A stretch of DNA of 64,000 nucleotides from an uncultured Spirochaetota bacterium (lineage in GTDB: Bacteria; Spirochaetota; Brevinematia; Brevinematales; JAOACQ01): assembly GCA_963835575.1 (NCBI GenBank), contig CAWIGG010000003.1, forward strand, positions 96,001-160,000. Direction: 5' to 3'. Position 1 is the first letter of the stretch; each line of letters starts with the position of its first letter. The notes beneath the pieces were generated by a model that searched no databases, was not told the DNA's origin, and was given only the letters and a program-made list of their open reading frames with translations. The position numbers and the translations under genes are program-made. Below, one piece after another: positions 19,201-29,474 of this stretch.

Positions 19201-22024
19201 ATCCGGGGACCTGCCCATTGTCCTCCTGCGGATCAGCGATAAGACGAAGATCGAACTGGCGGCAAAAATGATACAGGCCCACACTTACTGGCATTCGAAA
19301 GGTCTGCAGGTCGACCTGGTCATATGGAATGAAGACTGGTCGGGCTACAGACAGGCGCTCAATGACCTGATCACCGGCCTGATCTCTGCCGGACCCGAAG
19401 CATCCGCCTATGACAGACCGGGCGGCATCTTCCTCCGCCATCCGGACCAGATGCCGGAAGAAGACCGGATCCTGATGCAGTCAGCCGCGCGCCTGATCAT
19501 CACAGACAGCGGCGGAACTCTGGCGGAACAAAGCCAGCGCTCTGCCTATAGCGGGATCAATATCCCGAAACTGGCCGCGTCCCGCGATAAGCGGCCTTTT
19601 ACAGGAATTGAAAACTTCAGGCAGGACAACCTGCTCTTCTTCAACGGCATCGGCGGCTTTACCCGGGATGGAAGAGAATATATAATCCAGATCAAACCCG
19701 GGGAAACGCCGCCCATGCCCTGGGTCAATATACTCTCAAATAAGAATTTCGGGTCCGTGATTTTACAAAGCGGAGGATATACATGGTATGAAAATTCCCA
19801 TAATTTCAGGCTGACCCCATGGTATAACGACCCCGTAAGCGAATCGAGCGGCGAAGCCCTGTATATCAGGGATGAAGCATCCGGCTCCTTCTGGTCGCCG
19901 ATGCCGCTGCCTGCCCCGGGTTCAAGCGATTATCTCAACCGTCATGGCTTTGGATACAGTGTTTTTGAATATTCACTCTACGATCTTAAGTCGGAACTGT
20001 GGATTTACGTGGATATAAACGCCCCGGTAAAGTTCTGGATGCTGAAAGTGCGTAATGATTCCAACGGTATACGCCGTCTGTCATCAACCATATTCCTGGA
20101 ATTGGTACTGGGAGAAATCCGGTCCAGGAACCAGATGCATATCAGGACGGAGATTGACCCCATGACCGGCGCTGTCTTCGCGGCCAATCCCTATAGTGTT
20201 GAATTCTCAGGACGCGTGATGTTTCTGGGGACCAATGAAGTCAATCGAAGCATTACAGGGGACAGGACGGAATTTATCGGCCGCAACGGCTCACTCGCCG
20301 ATCCTCAAGCCATGCATAAAGTCCGCCTCTCAGGCAGGACCGGCGGAGGCCTTGACCCCGCGGCCGCCATACAGGTATACTTTGAATTGGAACCGGGGCA
20401 GGAAAAAGAAATTGTTTTTATCCTCGGCGTCGGCAGGGATATTGAAGACGCTCAGAATCTCGTACAAAGATACAACGGCTCGCTTCCCGCGTACCAGGCC
20501 AGGGAGAGGGTCTGGGAATACTGGAAACATACCCTCGGCACAATCAATATCGAAACTCCGGACACGGCATTGAATTTGATAACCAACGGCTGGCTGATGT
20601 ACCAGATCATGGCTTCGCGTCTCTGGGCCCGCAGCGGGTTCTATCAGTCCGGAGGCGCTTTCGGGTTCCGTGATCAGCTTCAGGATGTCATGGCCCTGGT
20701 CCATGCGGAGCCGGGACTCTTCCGCGAGCACCTCCTGCTCTGCGCTTCCAGACAGTTCCGCGAGGGGGACGTACAGCACTGGTGGCATCCGCCCCAGGGC
20801 CGCGGCGTACGCACCCGGATATCCGATGATTTTCTCTGGATGCCGTTTGCCGCCGGCGCATATATTACACGGACCGGGGATACGGGGATCCTGGATGAGA
20901 TAGTTCCTTTCCTGGAGGGCCGTCCCCTTAATGCCGGGGAAGAATCGTACTATGATATGCCTCTCAGGTCAGAGGAAAACGCCCCGTTTTATGAACACTG
21001 CAAAAGAGCGGTCATGCATGCTTTCCGGTTCGGACAGCACGGATTGCCATTAATGGGCGGCGGCGATTGGAACGACGGAATGAACCTTGTCGGGGCGGAA
21101 GGCAGGGGCGAAAGCGTCTGGCTGGCTTTCTTCCTTTATCATATCCTGGAGGAATTCGGCCCGCTGGCCCGGCTGCATGGCGATGAACCCTTTGCAAAAC
21201 AATGCGCTGAAGAAGCGGGAAAGTTAATGAATAATATTGAGTCTCATGCCTGGGACGGGAAATGGTACCGCAGGGCGTATTTTGATGACGGCGCTCCGCT
21301 GGGTTCGCTGCAAAACCAGGAATGCCGGATCGACGCTGTCGCTCAAAGCTGGTCTGTGCTTTCCGGGGCATCTTCCCCCAAAAGAGCGCGGCAGGCCATG
21401 CAGTCCCTGGAGCACAGGCTGGTCCGTCCCAAAAGCGGCCTGATCCTCCTTCTGGACCCTCCGTTTGACAAATCAAACCAGGAACCGGGATATATCAAAG
21501 GATACGTTCCCGGCATCAGGGAGAACGGCGGACAGTACACGCACGCGGCGGTATGGGCCGTCATGGCTTTCGCAAAAATGGGAGAAAACGAAAAAGTAAA
21601 AAAATTACTCGCAATGATCAATCCGGTCAACCATGGTTCAACCCGTGAAAAAATTGAAATCTACAAAGTCGAACCGTATGTCATGTCAGCTGATATTTAT
21701 GGAACGGAACCCCATACCGGACGGGGAGGCTGGACATGGTATACCGGGTCCGCTTCCTGGATGTACCGTTTAATCATAGAATCTGTTTTCGGGTTGGATT
21801 TGAAGGTCAACAAACTTTATTTTAAACCATGCATTCCCGAAGACTGGGAATATTTCAAGGTCCATTACCGCTTCAGGGAAACGGTATATCACATGGACTT
21901 TCATCAAATAAAACCCGGAGGGGATATCCATGTCGCTGTGGACGGAGCGGAACAGCCGGATCCATCAATAACGCTTACTGACGACCGCCTGGAGCATTTC
22001 GCGGAAATTTTGATCGGCGGTTAA
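13292..22024 (+). CDS. ndvB: Cyclic beta-1,2-glucan synthase (GT84 + glucoamylase-like domain + GH94 phosphorylase)
   Basis: 2910 aa; GYERKRGKL, SHDLLE, RWIRGDWQ, HRTSPTNIG, GFRDQLQD, GDWNDGMN, RENGGQYTH, GGWTWYTGS motifs. Confidence 0.93.
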   Translation: MKMHLNRRRKALFKEHTGPDRLTGENSLEYPLLADLFSIEQLEKHGEAIARLHELDFRAGKDKLLGRLTENEKILSEIYEFLSTGEEAKQSLSTAGVWLLDNFFLIEEQIQIARKHLPKRYSQELPRLRSGPSAGLPRVYDIVRELISHVDGKVDKGNLGSITASYQRITPLKLGELWAIPIMLRLALIENLRRVAMRVAAGMSDRNLAGIWADRLLKTAGNDPKNIILDMADMVRAELPMTSTFVAELVRRLQSRNPALVLPLTWIEQRLIEKGQTIERLVQLDSQHQATSQISISNSINSLRFLTAINWKNFVEAMSRVEQVLRGDPAGVYQKMDFTTRDNYRHVIEKIAKQSRLPEDSVALQAVKLSSQNKEKTDKTAHIGYYLIGRGRNLLEQAVKMRLTFRDKLSGTGRKAPLFFYLGSILLVTAGLTLSSLRIMHPPGPGIKPWLAFLLLLGFSQLSIALVNWVSSILVKPVLLPRMDFSKGVPQESCTLITVPSILSSAFDIGELMNKIETCCLANRADNLYFSLLTDFKDAPEESMPDDGPLFKLAREGIKQLNNKYGRNGRGPFYLFHRSRLWNPGEKVWMGYERKRGKLEALNKALRSGKTPELLIEGDPSVLPQVKYVITLDTDTQLPRDAARLLIETMAHPLNVPVYDPAKKRVVSGYTILQPRVVSSLPAARKSWYSRIFGSETGIDPYTRAVSDVYQDIFGEGSFIGKGIYDVDMFIRSLADRLPENRILSHDLLESTYGRSGMISDVQLIDEFPESYSEDISRRRRWIRGDWQIAAWLLPRVPGYKQKPEKNPISLLSWWKIFDNLRRSLVPAGLMLLIVLSWMFLQPSWLGFSIAAGIIFIPMLPGVFKQAFRIPVKFPLTLHMLSVAGYLGRHLFQAVFLFAVLPYEAFFNLIAIIITCSRMLFSRRKLLEWTPSGEARHKPCRNLPGYYRLMAIVPLLILVFGTFLFTQWQEWILNILGLTLFWFFSPFFAWWISRPLVKRSISLSPKQITFLRKICRKTWRFFETFAGPEDNWLPADNYQEEPKEASAHRTSPTNIGLMLLSNLGAYDLGYQSAGQLIDRTRKSFRTMEGLARFHGHFFNWYDTRTLQPLPPEYVSTVDSGNLAGYLLTLRPGLLELKDRKIFQQQLYSGLIDALSVINDLLIPPPDKITMILKKKSALDKRLSQLIETITDMRLQTGGLGKALEDLNRIVIEVRELRILAGEKPDPEADWWFQALEDQCAAEQEELIFLAPWLVSEGPGNTINKKIIQDLDNNRTLSQLAGLNELSASIEAGIKKSGPSSEEKREPDLEFYDKLLYKVRQGSHRAQARIKQLEQMALQCRDLSDQDYDFLYDASRNLLSIGYDVSKHRNDESFYDLLASEARLCSFIGIARGKLPLEHWFSLGRLVTIWKGRTILLSWGGSMFEYLMPRLVMPDYDNTLLGQSCQAVVERQIAYGRKKGVPWGISESAEAMTDAGLNYQYRSFGVPDIGFKRGLSNDLVIAPYASVLAMMLNPGEACVNLQKLSERGFEGRYGFYEAIDFTPGRLPHDQSEVLIRSFMAHHQGMSFISLVNYFTNDLMINRFTSDPLFQTTVLLLQERVPKATPFQMLPSVLSRTRDMPEKQEDALRVFNTAGTPFPEVHLLSNGRYHVMVTNAGGGYSRWRDIAVTRWSEDATRDNFGTFIYINDISSGSLWSAAFQPTLAEPKNYEALFPQARAEFRRRDQGLDTYTEIAVSPEDDIEHRRISLSNYTVKTRTIEITSYAEVVLIKPDDETAHPAFSNLFMQTGIIREHKAILCSRRPRSPHEKNPWMFHLLAVNENEQFEVSYETDRLKFIGRGRAACNPLAMEEAGPLSGTEGPVLDPAVSIRCRLTLKPGDTVTVGFISGMAETQQEAMTLIEKYQDRRLADRVFDMALIHGKVLLQQLNASESDAQVYGRLASSILYSNLNRRANPAILMKNKKGQSGLWAYSISGDLPIVLLRISDKTKIELAAKMIQAHTYWHSKGLQVDLVIWNEDWSGYRQALNDLITGLISAGPEASAYDRPGGIFLRHPDQMPEEDRILMQSAARLIITDSGGTLAEQSQRSAYSGINIPKLAASRDKRPFTGIENFRQDNLLFFNGIGGFTRDGREYIIQIKPGETPPMPWVNILSNKNFGSVILQSGGYTWYENSHNFRLTPWYNDPVSESSGEALYIRDEASGSFWSPMPLPAPGSSDYLNRHGFGYSVFEYSLYDLKSELWIYVDINAPVKFWMLKVRNDSNGIRRLSSTIFLELVLGEIRSRNQMHIRTEIDPMTGAVFAANPYSVEFSGRVMFLGTNEVNRSITGDRTEFIGRNGSLADPQAMHKVRLSGRTGGGLDPAAAIQVYFELEPGQEKEIVFILGVGRDIEDAQNLVQRYNGSLPAYQARERVWEYWKHTLGTINIETPDTALNLITNGWLMYQIMASRLWARSGFYQSGGAFGFRDQLQDVMALVHAEPGLFREHLLLCASRQFREGDVQHWWHPPQGRGVRTRISDDFLWMPFAAGAYITRTGDTGILDEIVPFLEGRPLNAGEESYYDMPLRSEENAPFYEHCKRAVMHAFRFGQHGLPLMGGGDWNDGMNLVGAEGRGESVWLAFFLYHILEEFGPLARLHGDEPFAKQCAEEAGKLMNNIESHAWDGKWYRRAYFDDGAPLGSLQNQECRIDAVAQSWSVLSGASSPKRARQAMQSLEHRLVRPKSGLILLLDPPFDKSNQEPGYIKGYVPGIRENGGQYTHAAVWAVMAFAKMGENEKVKKLLAMINPVNHGSTREKIEIYKVEPYVMSADIYGTEPHTGRGGWTWYTGSASWMYRLIIESVFGLDLKVNKLYFKPCIPEDWEYFKVHYRFRETVYHMDFHQIKPGGDIHVAVDGAEQPDPSITLTDDRLEHFAEILIGG

Positions 22025-22052
22025 TATTAATTCCGCTCCCTAAATTTTTATC

Positions 22053-22315
22053 GACCCCAATTCAGCAGGATTAACAGGATTGATCAGGATAGATTCGGCA
22101 AGCTCACTACAAGTTTGCAGGATTGGAATTAGCCACAGAATTTCACAGAAAAACACTGCTTTTATGCTATTTGTTTTAAAGGTTTATATTTTTTTAGTGT
22201 TTTAATTCTGTGAACTTCTGTGTTTTTCTGTGGCAGACCTCGCGTTTTTCCTAAAATTCCATAAAAATATCATGAAAATCCTTCAAAATCATGAAAATCC
22301 TGTTCTATTGGGGTC
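22053..22315. repeat. Composite nested IR element (caggat arms outside, cacagaa arms inside, REP insert)
   Basis: Ends gaccccaat/attggggtc; inner gccacagaatttcacagaa (22132) / ttctgtgtttttctgtggc (22234); insert gattcggcaagctcactacaag at 22092-22113. Confidence 0.8.
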
Positions 22316-22431
22316 TATTTAAAAAAGTTAAGTTAATAAAGATTTTAAATTAAATATATATTAAAATTGTATTTAAATTTCAATTGTTCTCCAAAATCGA
22401 ATTTCAAATCACGTTATCAATCAGAAATTAG

Positions 22432-23577
<1,146 letters not shown>

Positions 23578-23589
23578 TCTTTATACCGG

Positions 23590-23779
23590 CCCCAATTTGG
23601 CAGGATCAACAGGATCAAACAGGTCCCCGACTTGATCGGGGACAGGATTTGCGGAATAAAGGATTGAGCCACAGAACTTCACAGATTAGCACTGAATATT
23701 TCATGAAAAAGCAAAGGCTTTGTAAAGGTTAACATTTTTTAATGATTTATTTCCGTGTAATTCTGTGCAATTCCGTGGC
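23590..23779. repeat. Composite IR element similar to 22053-22315, with a different REP insert
   Basis: ccccaat-caggat repeats, tccccgacttgatcgggga (23624-23642), gccacagaac... / ...ttctgtgcaattccgtggc. Confidence 0.75.
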
Positions 23780-23880
23780 CAATTAATTTCTGGCTTGTTT
23801 CAGAAATTTATGATATTATTTTCCTGAAAACACTTTTATGGCTCATACTGCGCATTATGAATAATTAACCGGTGGTAAAA

Positions 23881-25584
23881 ATGAAAAAAATAGCCGAAAA
23901 ATACTCTATATTGCTTATTCCTTTCTTTTCAATCCTTGCCGGCTTCACAATTTTTTTCCGGGACGGCTGGCCGGATAATCACGATGGAAATGCCATTTTT
24001 ACGAGGGGCAAAATCTTTTTTGATCTTATAGTAAATCATCATAACCTGTTCCCGATGTGGACCGTTTATGGGAATCATGGACTGGGCTCGCCTATGCCTT
24101 TTTTTTATCACCGTTTATACTATTACCTGATAAGTTTCATCAATCTGGGGTTTGATGACATCCTGCTGTCCGTTAAATTATCCATTCCATTATTGCTTTT
24201 GGCTGGAGGAACAGCTGTTTACCTGCTGATCAAGAAAATATTCGACAATAAACTGTACGGCATCATCGGAAGCGGCCTGTATATTTTTTCAAATTACCTC
24301 TATACAGACTGGCTGGTGCGCGGGGCCGCGGCCGAATTCACGGCGCTGATCATCATTCCCTGGATTCTCCTGGGCTTCCTGCAGATCGCCGGCGGCTTTA
24401 AGAAGCGCTATTTTCTTCTGCTGGGTTTTTATTTCTCATTATTGATGTACGCGCATTCCCTTATCTTTATTTTCTCTTTTTTTCTATGGATTTTCTTCTT
24501 TATCGCGTACCGGAAGGAATGGAAAAAGTTTTTCCCCGGCCTCCTGTTGTTCCTGCTGCCGGTCATTTTGATCGATCTTCCATTCATCATCCCCTATTAC
24601 CGCCTGATTGACCGGTTCAATTTAAAAATCGCGGCAACCATTTTTCAGGTAAAAAACAGTTTTGTTCAATTTTCGCGGTATCTGTTTGACGATTGGTACA
24701 TTATCGGCGCGAACCGGGAAAATTTTTCTGTCGAAATAAGCCGGTTTTATTTTATACCATTGTTTTTATTTTCCCTGTTCTGCATCATAAAATCAAAAAA
24801 AGCTTTTCCGGTTCAACTCAAAGATATTTATAAAGATCATTATATCCGGTTCACAGCTTTTGCCCTTTTATTTTATCTGGTCCTTCAAATGAATTTTTCA
24901 CTGCCCTTTTACCAATTGATCCCCTTTTTAAATTATATCCAGTTCCCATGGAGGCTTCTCAGCATTATAACGCCTTTGTCCGTGATCCTGTTTTTTTATT
25001 ATATTCCGTCGGCTGCCGGATTAATGATAAAAAATAATCGGAATTTTATCACTCTCATTGTTATGCTGTTCATACTGCTTCTTCAGATTTTCTGGGTTGG
25101 AGGAAATTCTCAATTTTACAGATATTTAACAATCCCGGGGAAGGAACTTCGTGAAAAGATGATGGATGAAAACCTGGATGAAAACAGCACTTGGGCCGAA
25201 TACCAGCCGGTCCCTTTTCATAAAAAAGATGTCAAATCCCTGATAGAAAATCATGGCTGTAAAATTTTATATATCAATACCCCGGAACTTTTAACCGGAT
25301 CAAGGGAATTTGACAAAATCATTATCAGATTGAACAAAAATCAAACAGGAACAATTGTGCTTAATCAATTAAAAAGTCCATTTCTCACGTTAAAATGCCC
25401 GCCGAATATTGATATACGCGAAGGCCCCTGCAGGGAAATTATTTTCTCCGTCAGCAGCATCAGCGATGAAAGCACTATTGAAATCGGCAAAACCAGTTTA
25501 ATAGATCTTTGTCTGAATAAAGGGCAGTTCCAAAATCTATGTTGGAAATATCTGATTGATTTTGAGTTTTTGGAACTGCCCTAA
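23881..25584 (+). CDS. Polytopic membrane protein, PTPS-related/YfhO-like GT-C type
   Basis: HDG, GLGSPMPFFY, RGAAAEF, IQFPWRLL motifs; many TM helices. Confidence 0.7.
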   Translation: MKKIAEKYSILLIPFFSILAGFTIFFRDGWPDNHDGNAIFTRGKIFFDLIVNHHNLFPMWTVYGNHGLGSPMPFFYHRLYYYLISFINLGFDDILLSVKLSIPLLLLAGGTAVYLLIKKIFDNKLYGIIGSGLYIFSNYLYTDWLVRGAAAEFTALIIIPWILLGFLQIAGGFKKRYFLLLGFYFSLLMYAHSLIFIFSFFLWIFFFIAYRKEWKKFFPGLLLFLLPVILIDLPFIIPYYRLIDRFNLKIAATIFQVKNSFVQFSRYLFDDWYIIGANRENFSVEISRFYFIPLFLFSLFCIIKSKKAFPVQLKDIYKDHYIRFTAFALLFYLVLQMNFSLPFYQLIPFLNYIQFPWRLLSIITPLSVILFFYYIPSAAGLMIKNNRNFITLIVMLFILLLQIFWVGGNSQFYRYLTIPGKELREKMMDENLDENSTWAEYQPVPFHKKDVKSLIENHGCKILYINTPELLTGSREFDKIIIRLNKNQTGTIVLNQLKSPFLTLKCPPNIDIREGPCREIIFSVSSISDESTIEIGKTSLIDLCLNKGQFQNLCWKYLIDFEFLELP

Positions 25585-25689
25585 ATATTAAAAAGAGCGG
25601 CGGGCCGTCCTCATTTAAGCGGTTTATTTTTTTAATATATGCCCATTTAATCTCTCCTTGTTTTTTTCAGTTTATGGTATTATAATTAA

Positions 25690-25729
25690 GGGTAATTCTA
25701 AAAACCTATATAAGTTTTTGGAACTACCC
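25690..25729. repeat. Short IS5-end-like inverted repeat
   Basis: gggtaattctaaaaac / gtttttggaactaccc (14/16); a related pair lies at about 25920-26033. Confidence 0.5.
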
Positions 25730-25763
25730 GGTTATAAATAACTTTTTGGATAATGTGAAAGAC

Positions 25764-25899
25764 GCTGCCGCAAGGAGTTAAACGCACTTTTACTCAATTC
25801 AGCAATACTTGCGGAGGCGCGCTGAATTTTTTTCCGCGCGCAGACGCTTAGTATTGCTTTGAGTAAAAGTGCGTAAAGCATAGCGAACTCAGCGGCAGC
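25764..25899. other. Long imperfect palindrome (about 136 nt)
   Basis: gctgccgc/gcggcagc, acgcacttttactcaa/ttgagtaaaagtgcgt, agcaatact/agtattgct. Confidence 0.7.
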
Positions 25900-26060
25900 A
25901 TGATCTAAAACAAAGTCGATAATTCTAAAAACCATAATATCAGTACGGTTTGGTACCGAAAACTCAAGTTTAACTCGCCGCTTTCAGCTTTCAGTTCCAT
26001 AAAACCGATATAAAAACAAGTTTTTAGAAACGCTAAAATATCAATAATTCGGGGACAAGC

Positions 26061-28934
26061 ATGAGAATCCGTTTGATAATTCTTTTCATATTATTTCAAT
26101 CTGCCATCATGTATTCCATGAATTCAGACGCCCAGAGGTATTTCAATTCGGGAAAGGCCTCATTCAACGACGGGGCTTACTCAATGGCGATCACCCTTTT
26201 TCAGAAAGCGGTGATGAGCGACCCTGAAGGCGAGCTCGCCGACGACGCTTCCTATTATATAGGGCTCTGTTATTATCAGGAAGGCGAATATGAACAGGCC
26301 ATCCAGACCTTCCTGAAATTTTTAAATGATTACACCGATTCGCTTTTTAAGGAAAAATCGACATTCATCATAGGCAATTCTTATTTTAAACTCAAAAGCT
26401 ATGAAAAGGCCGTGCAGAAACTCAGGCTTTTTATTAAATCCTATCCGGACTCCAGGCTCAATCCGAACGCGCATTACCTGATCGCCTACAGCCTTCTTTT
26501 AACCGGCAAGTTTGATGAGGCTGTCGATGAATACAGCCTGATCGTGAAATCCTATCCTTCTTCGGATTACACGGAGGAAAGCCTGATGCGTCTGGGCGAG
26601 GCTTATTTTTATGATAAGGACATCAATAAGGCAGTCAGCACATTAAAGAATTTCCCGCAGAAATACCCTTCTTCCCCATTCAGGGACGAAGCCGATTTCT
26701 TTCTGGCAAGAAGCCTTTATCAGAATAATGATATGGAAAACGCCGCCGTTATTTTTGCCAGGCTTTCAGCCGCGACAAATTTCAGCTTCAGGCCTGATGC
26801 CCTGTATTATGCTTCCATGATCTTTATCAAACAGGATAATTTTAATGAATCGGTAAAGTACCTGTCCGCGCTCGCCCAGATCGAAAATAGCGATTATCAT
26901 GACGAGGCGCTCTATAAGCTGGGCCTGCTCTATAAATTACAGGAAGATTATCCTTCAGCCATTAAATATTTCCTCCAGCTTACATCCGGCAATAAAAACC
27001 CGGAATACATTCAAAAAGGATACCTGGAGCTGGCATCCTGTTATATCATCCAGGAAAATTACGCGGATGCCATTAAGGTTTATGAAAAAATAGCCGCACT
27101 GGGAGGGGAAAATACCGCCCTGTCGCTTTCAAAAATGGCGGAACTGAAATTTACAAAAAAGGAATATGACGGGGCCATTGACGATTTCACAAAGCTTCAG
27201 AAACAATTCCCCGACACGGAATACGGTAAAACAGCGCTGTACTGGACCGGAAGGTGTTACCTTGAAGAAAGCAGGTATAAAGATGCCATAACTTTCTTTG
27301 AAAATTATATCCAAAGCGAGCCGCTTTCAGAGAAAAGCGATGAGATCAATCTTTTCATCGGTAATGCTTATGCCGGGATGGGAGATTATGACACGGCGCT
27401 GACCGCTTATGAAAAAGTCCTGAAAAAGCCCGATTCGCCCCAGGCAGACGAAACTCTTAACGCCGAAGCCTGGGTTTATGTAAAAAAGGATGAATACAGC
27501 CGCGCGGCCGATTTATATAAAAAGTTGATCAATACTTATCCCAAAAGCCCTCTGGTCCCTCTCGCCTATTACAGCCTGGGCATTATTAAGTATAATCTCA
27601 AGGATTACGGCCCGGCCATGGAGTATTTTAAAAAAGTGACCGCTGATTATAAAAATTCCTCCTACACAGGAGATGCTTCATTAAAGATCGGCTGGATTTA
27701 TTATAAGCAGGAAAATTTTGAGAATCTGGCAGACTATCTTTCGGCTATAGAAATTAATTCTTTTACGGCCGAACAGAAAGCGGAAGTTTTCAATCTGCTG
27801 GGATGGGCAAAATTCCGGCTGAAATTTTACAACGAGGCGGCCGGCTGCTTCAAAAATTCAATGGACCTGACGCATGATAAAACTAAAATCCTGGAAAATC
27901 AGCTTTATATCGCCAAATCCTATTATAATATGGAAGATTACACCAATTCAATCCAGAGCTATAGAAAATACATCGAAAAAGCGAACGCGTTCGGCATGAA
28001 GGATGATATACCCGCGGCCCTTTCCGATATGGCCTGGTGCTATATTAAAACCGGAGACAATCAAAATGCGGCTGATATCTTTCAGAATTTAATAAAAGCC
28101 TATCCGAAAAGCCCCTATACATCGGAAGCGTTGTTCAAACTCGCGGAATATTACTATAACCAGTCCGATTTTAAAAAAGCGATAGAAAACTATGAAAAAA
28201 TCATCTCTTTATCCAGAGAAGGGGATTTTTCCTCCTCATCCCTCTATTGGATGGCATGGTCTTATTATAATCTGAGCGATAAAATCAACGCGGTAAAAAT
28301 TTTCGAACAATATATTACTCAGTTCCCGAAAGGCGATTATGCTTCGGACTCACTGCTGCGGGCCGCCAATATATACTACGACCTCAATAATTATGACAAG
28401 GCGAAAATTTACTACCAGAAACTCCTGTCCCAGTTCCCGGATTCGCCGGACGCCGAAAAAGCCGGGATCCAGCTTTCGGAAATCAAGCTGAAGGTTGAAA
28501 GCGGCGGCAATGAGGAAAAACTTTACCAGATGCTCATCGAAAAGAGCAAAACACCGCAGGCCAAGGCATCGGCAATGTACAAACTGGCCATGGTCTATAA
28601 AAGGAACGGCAAAACCGGCGACGCGAACAAACTCTTCAATGATATTATCAAGATATCGACGGATGATGAAGCCGCGCTCGCCACATATGAGCTGGCCGAG
28701 GATAATTCCGATAAAGGCAGCTATGAAGAGGCCATCAAGCAGTATGGAAGCATTTTTTATGTCTATAAATACGCCGATATATACCCTCAAAGCCTCTATG
28801 GAATTTCCTACTGCTATTATAAGACCGGAAATAACGATGCCGCAAATCAATATCTGAAGAAGATTATTGAAAAATATCCGGCCACTCCCTGGGCTGATAA
28901 AGCGAAAGATTTACTGAAAGAAATGAGTAAATAA
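26061..28934 (+). CDS. Secreted multi-TPR protein
   Basis: Signal peptide followed by many TPR-like repeats (YPxS...A.Y.LG). Confidence 0.9.
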   Translation: MRIRLIILFILFQSAIMYSMNSDAQRYFNSGKASFNDGAYSMAITLFQKAVMSDPEGELADDASYYIGLCYYQEGEYEQAIQTFLKFLNDYTDSLFKEKSTFIIGNSYFKLKSYEKAVQKLRLFIKSYPDSRLNPNAHYLIAYSLLLTGKFDEAVDEYSLIVKSYPSSDYTEESLMRLGEAYFYDKDINKAVSTLKNFPQKYPSSPFRDEADFFLARSLYQNNDMENAAVIFARLSAATNFSFRPDALYYASMIFIKQDNFNESVKYLSALAQIENSDYHDEALYKLGLLYKLQEDYPSAIKYFLQLTSGNKNPEYIQKGYLELASCYIIQENYADAIKVYEKIAALGGENTALSLSKMAELKFTKKEYDGAIDDFTKLQKQFPDTEYGKTALYWTGRCYLEESRYKDAITFFENYIQSEPLSEKSDEINLFIGNAYAGMGDYDTALTAYEKVLKKPDSPQADETLNAEAWVYVKKDEYSRAADLYKKLINTYPKSPLVPLAYYSLGIIKYNLKDYGPAMEYFKKVTADYKNSSYTGDASLKIGWIYYKQENFENLADYLSAIEINSFTAEQKAEVFNLLGWAKFRLKFYNEAAGCFKNSMDLTHDKTKILENQLYIAKSYYNMEDYTNSIQSYRKYIEKANAFGMKDDIPAALSDMAWCYIKTGDNQNAADIFQNLIKAYPKSPYTSEALFKLAEYYYNQSDFKKAIENYEKIISLSREGDFSSSSLYWMAWSYYNLSDKINAVKIFEQYITQFPKGDYASDSLLRAANIYYDLNNYDKAKIYYQKLLSQFPDSPDAEKAGIQLSEIKLKVESGGNEEKLYQMLIEKSKTPQAKASAMYKLAMVYKRNGKTGDANKLFNDIIKISTDDEAALATYELAEDNSDKGSYEEAIKQYGSIFYVYKYADIYPQSLYGISYCYYKTGNNDAANQYLKKIIEKYPATPWADKAKDLLKEMSK

Positions 28935-29030
28935 AGATATACCGGCGTTTTATGCAAATACTACCAACTGTAACCCTATTTTCCGGACTTTTTTTTAAAG
29001 AGTCATTCTAATATCAATCTTATGAGTTGT

Positions 29031-29316
29031 AACCACAGACGCCGTGGTGAGCTTGTCGAACCATTACACTGATTTCACAGATATTTCATATAAAATCCAT
29101 ATGGAATTATAGCAGAAATAAAATATTTCTGTTTTTTAATACTAAAAAAAACTAATTGGAAATGGCTTGCCGCGCCAATAATTTAATATGTTAGCGGATC
29201 GTTCTTCGTTTCTATTTCCATATTCATAATTATAATATGATTTCACTGGCTTGCAGAGCGCCTCCCGTTTCTATTCTTTGAAATATTAATCTGTGTATTC
29301 TGTGAAATCTGTGGTT
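29031..29316. repeat. 9-nt-periodic IR element with REP insert and GxxExxY remnant
   Basis: aaccacaga[cgccgtggtgagcttgtcgaacca]ttacactgatttcacagat ... aatctgtgtattctgtgaaatctgtggtt. Confidence 0.85.
29162..29227 (-). pseudogene. GxxExxY-protein N-terminal remnant
   Basis: Translates MNMEIETKNDPLTY*IIGAASH, matching the 'D.LTY.IIGAA' family start as recalled. Confidence 0.6.
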
Positions 29317-29474
29317 CCGCTCCGTCGTTCCTACTCTATCAAACAGTTAAACATAGCTATGTTAATAAAAGAATTTTTACTACGAATTATTGATAATTTT
29401 TTTTTTTGGTATATGATTATTAAAGCCTCGTCATGAGGAATAATAAAATATTACCTTTCAACCAGGAGTGATAT

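Noticed and set aside
25764..25899. Integron attC site
   Set aside because: No proper RYYYAAC...GTTRRRY ends, cassette array or integrase.
25732..25935. 67-aa ORF
   Set aside because: Overlaps the palindrome and mini-IRs; no SD or coding features.
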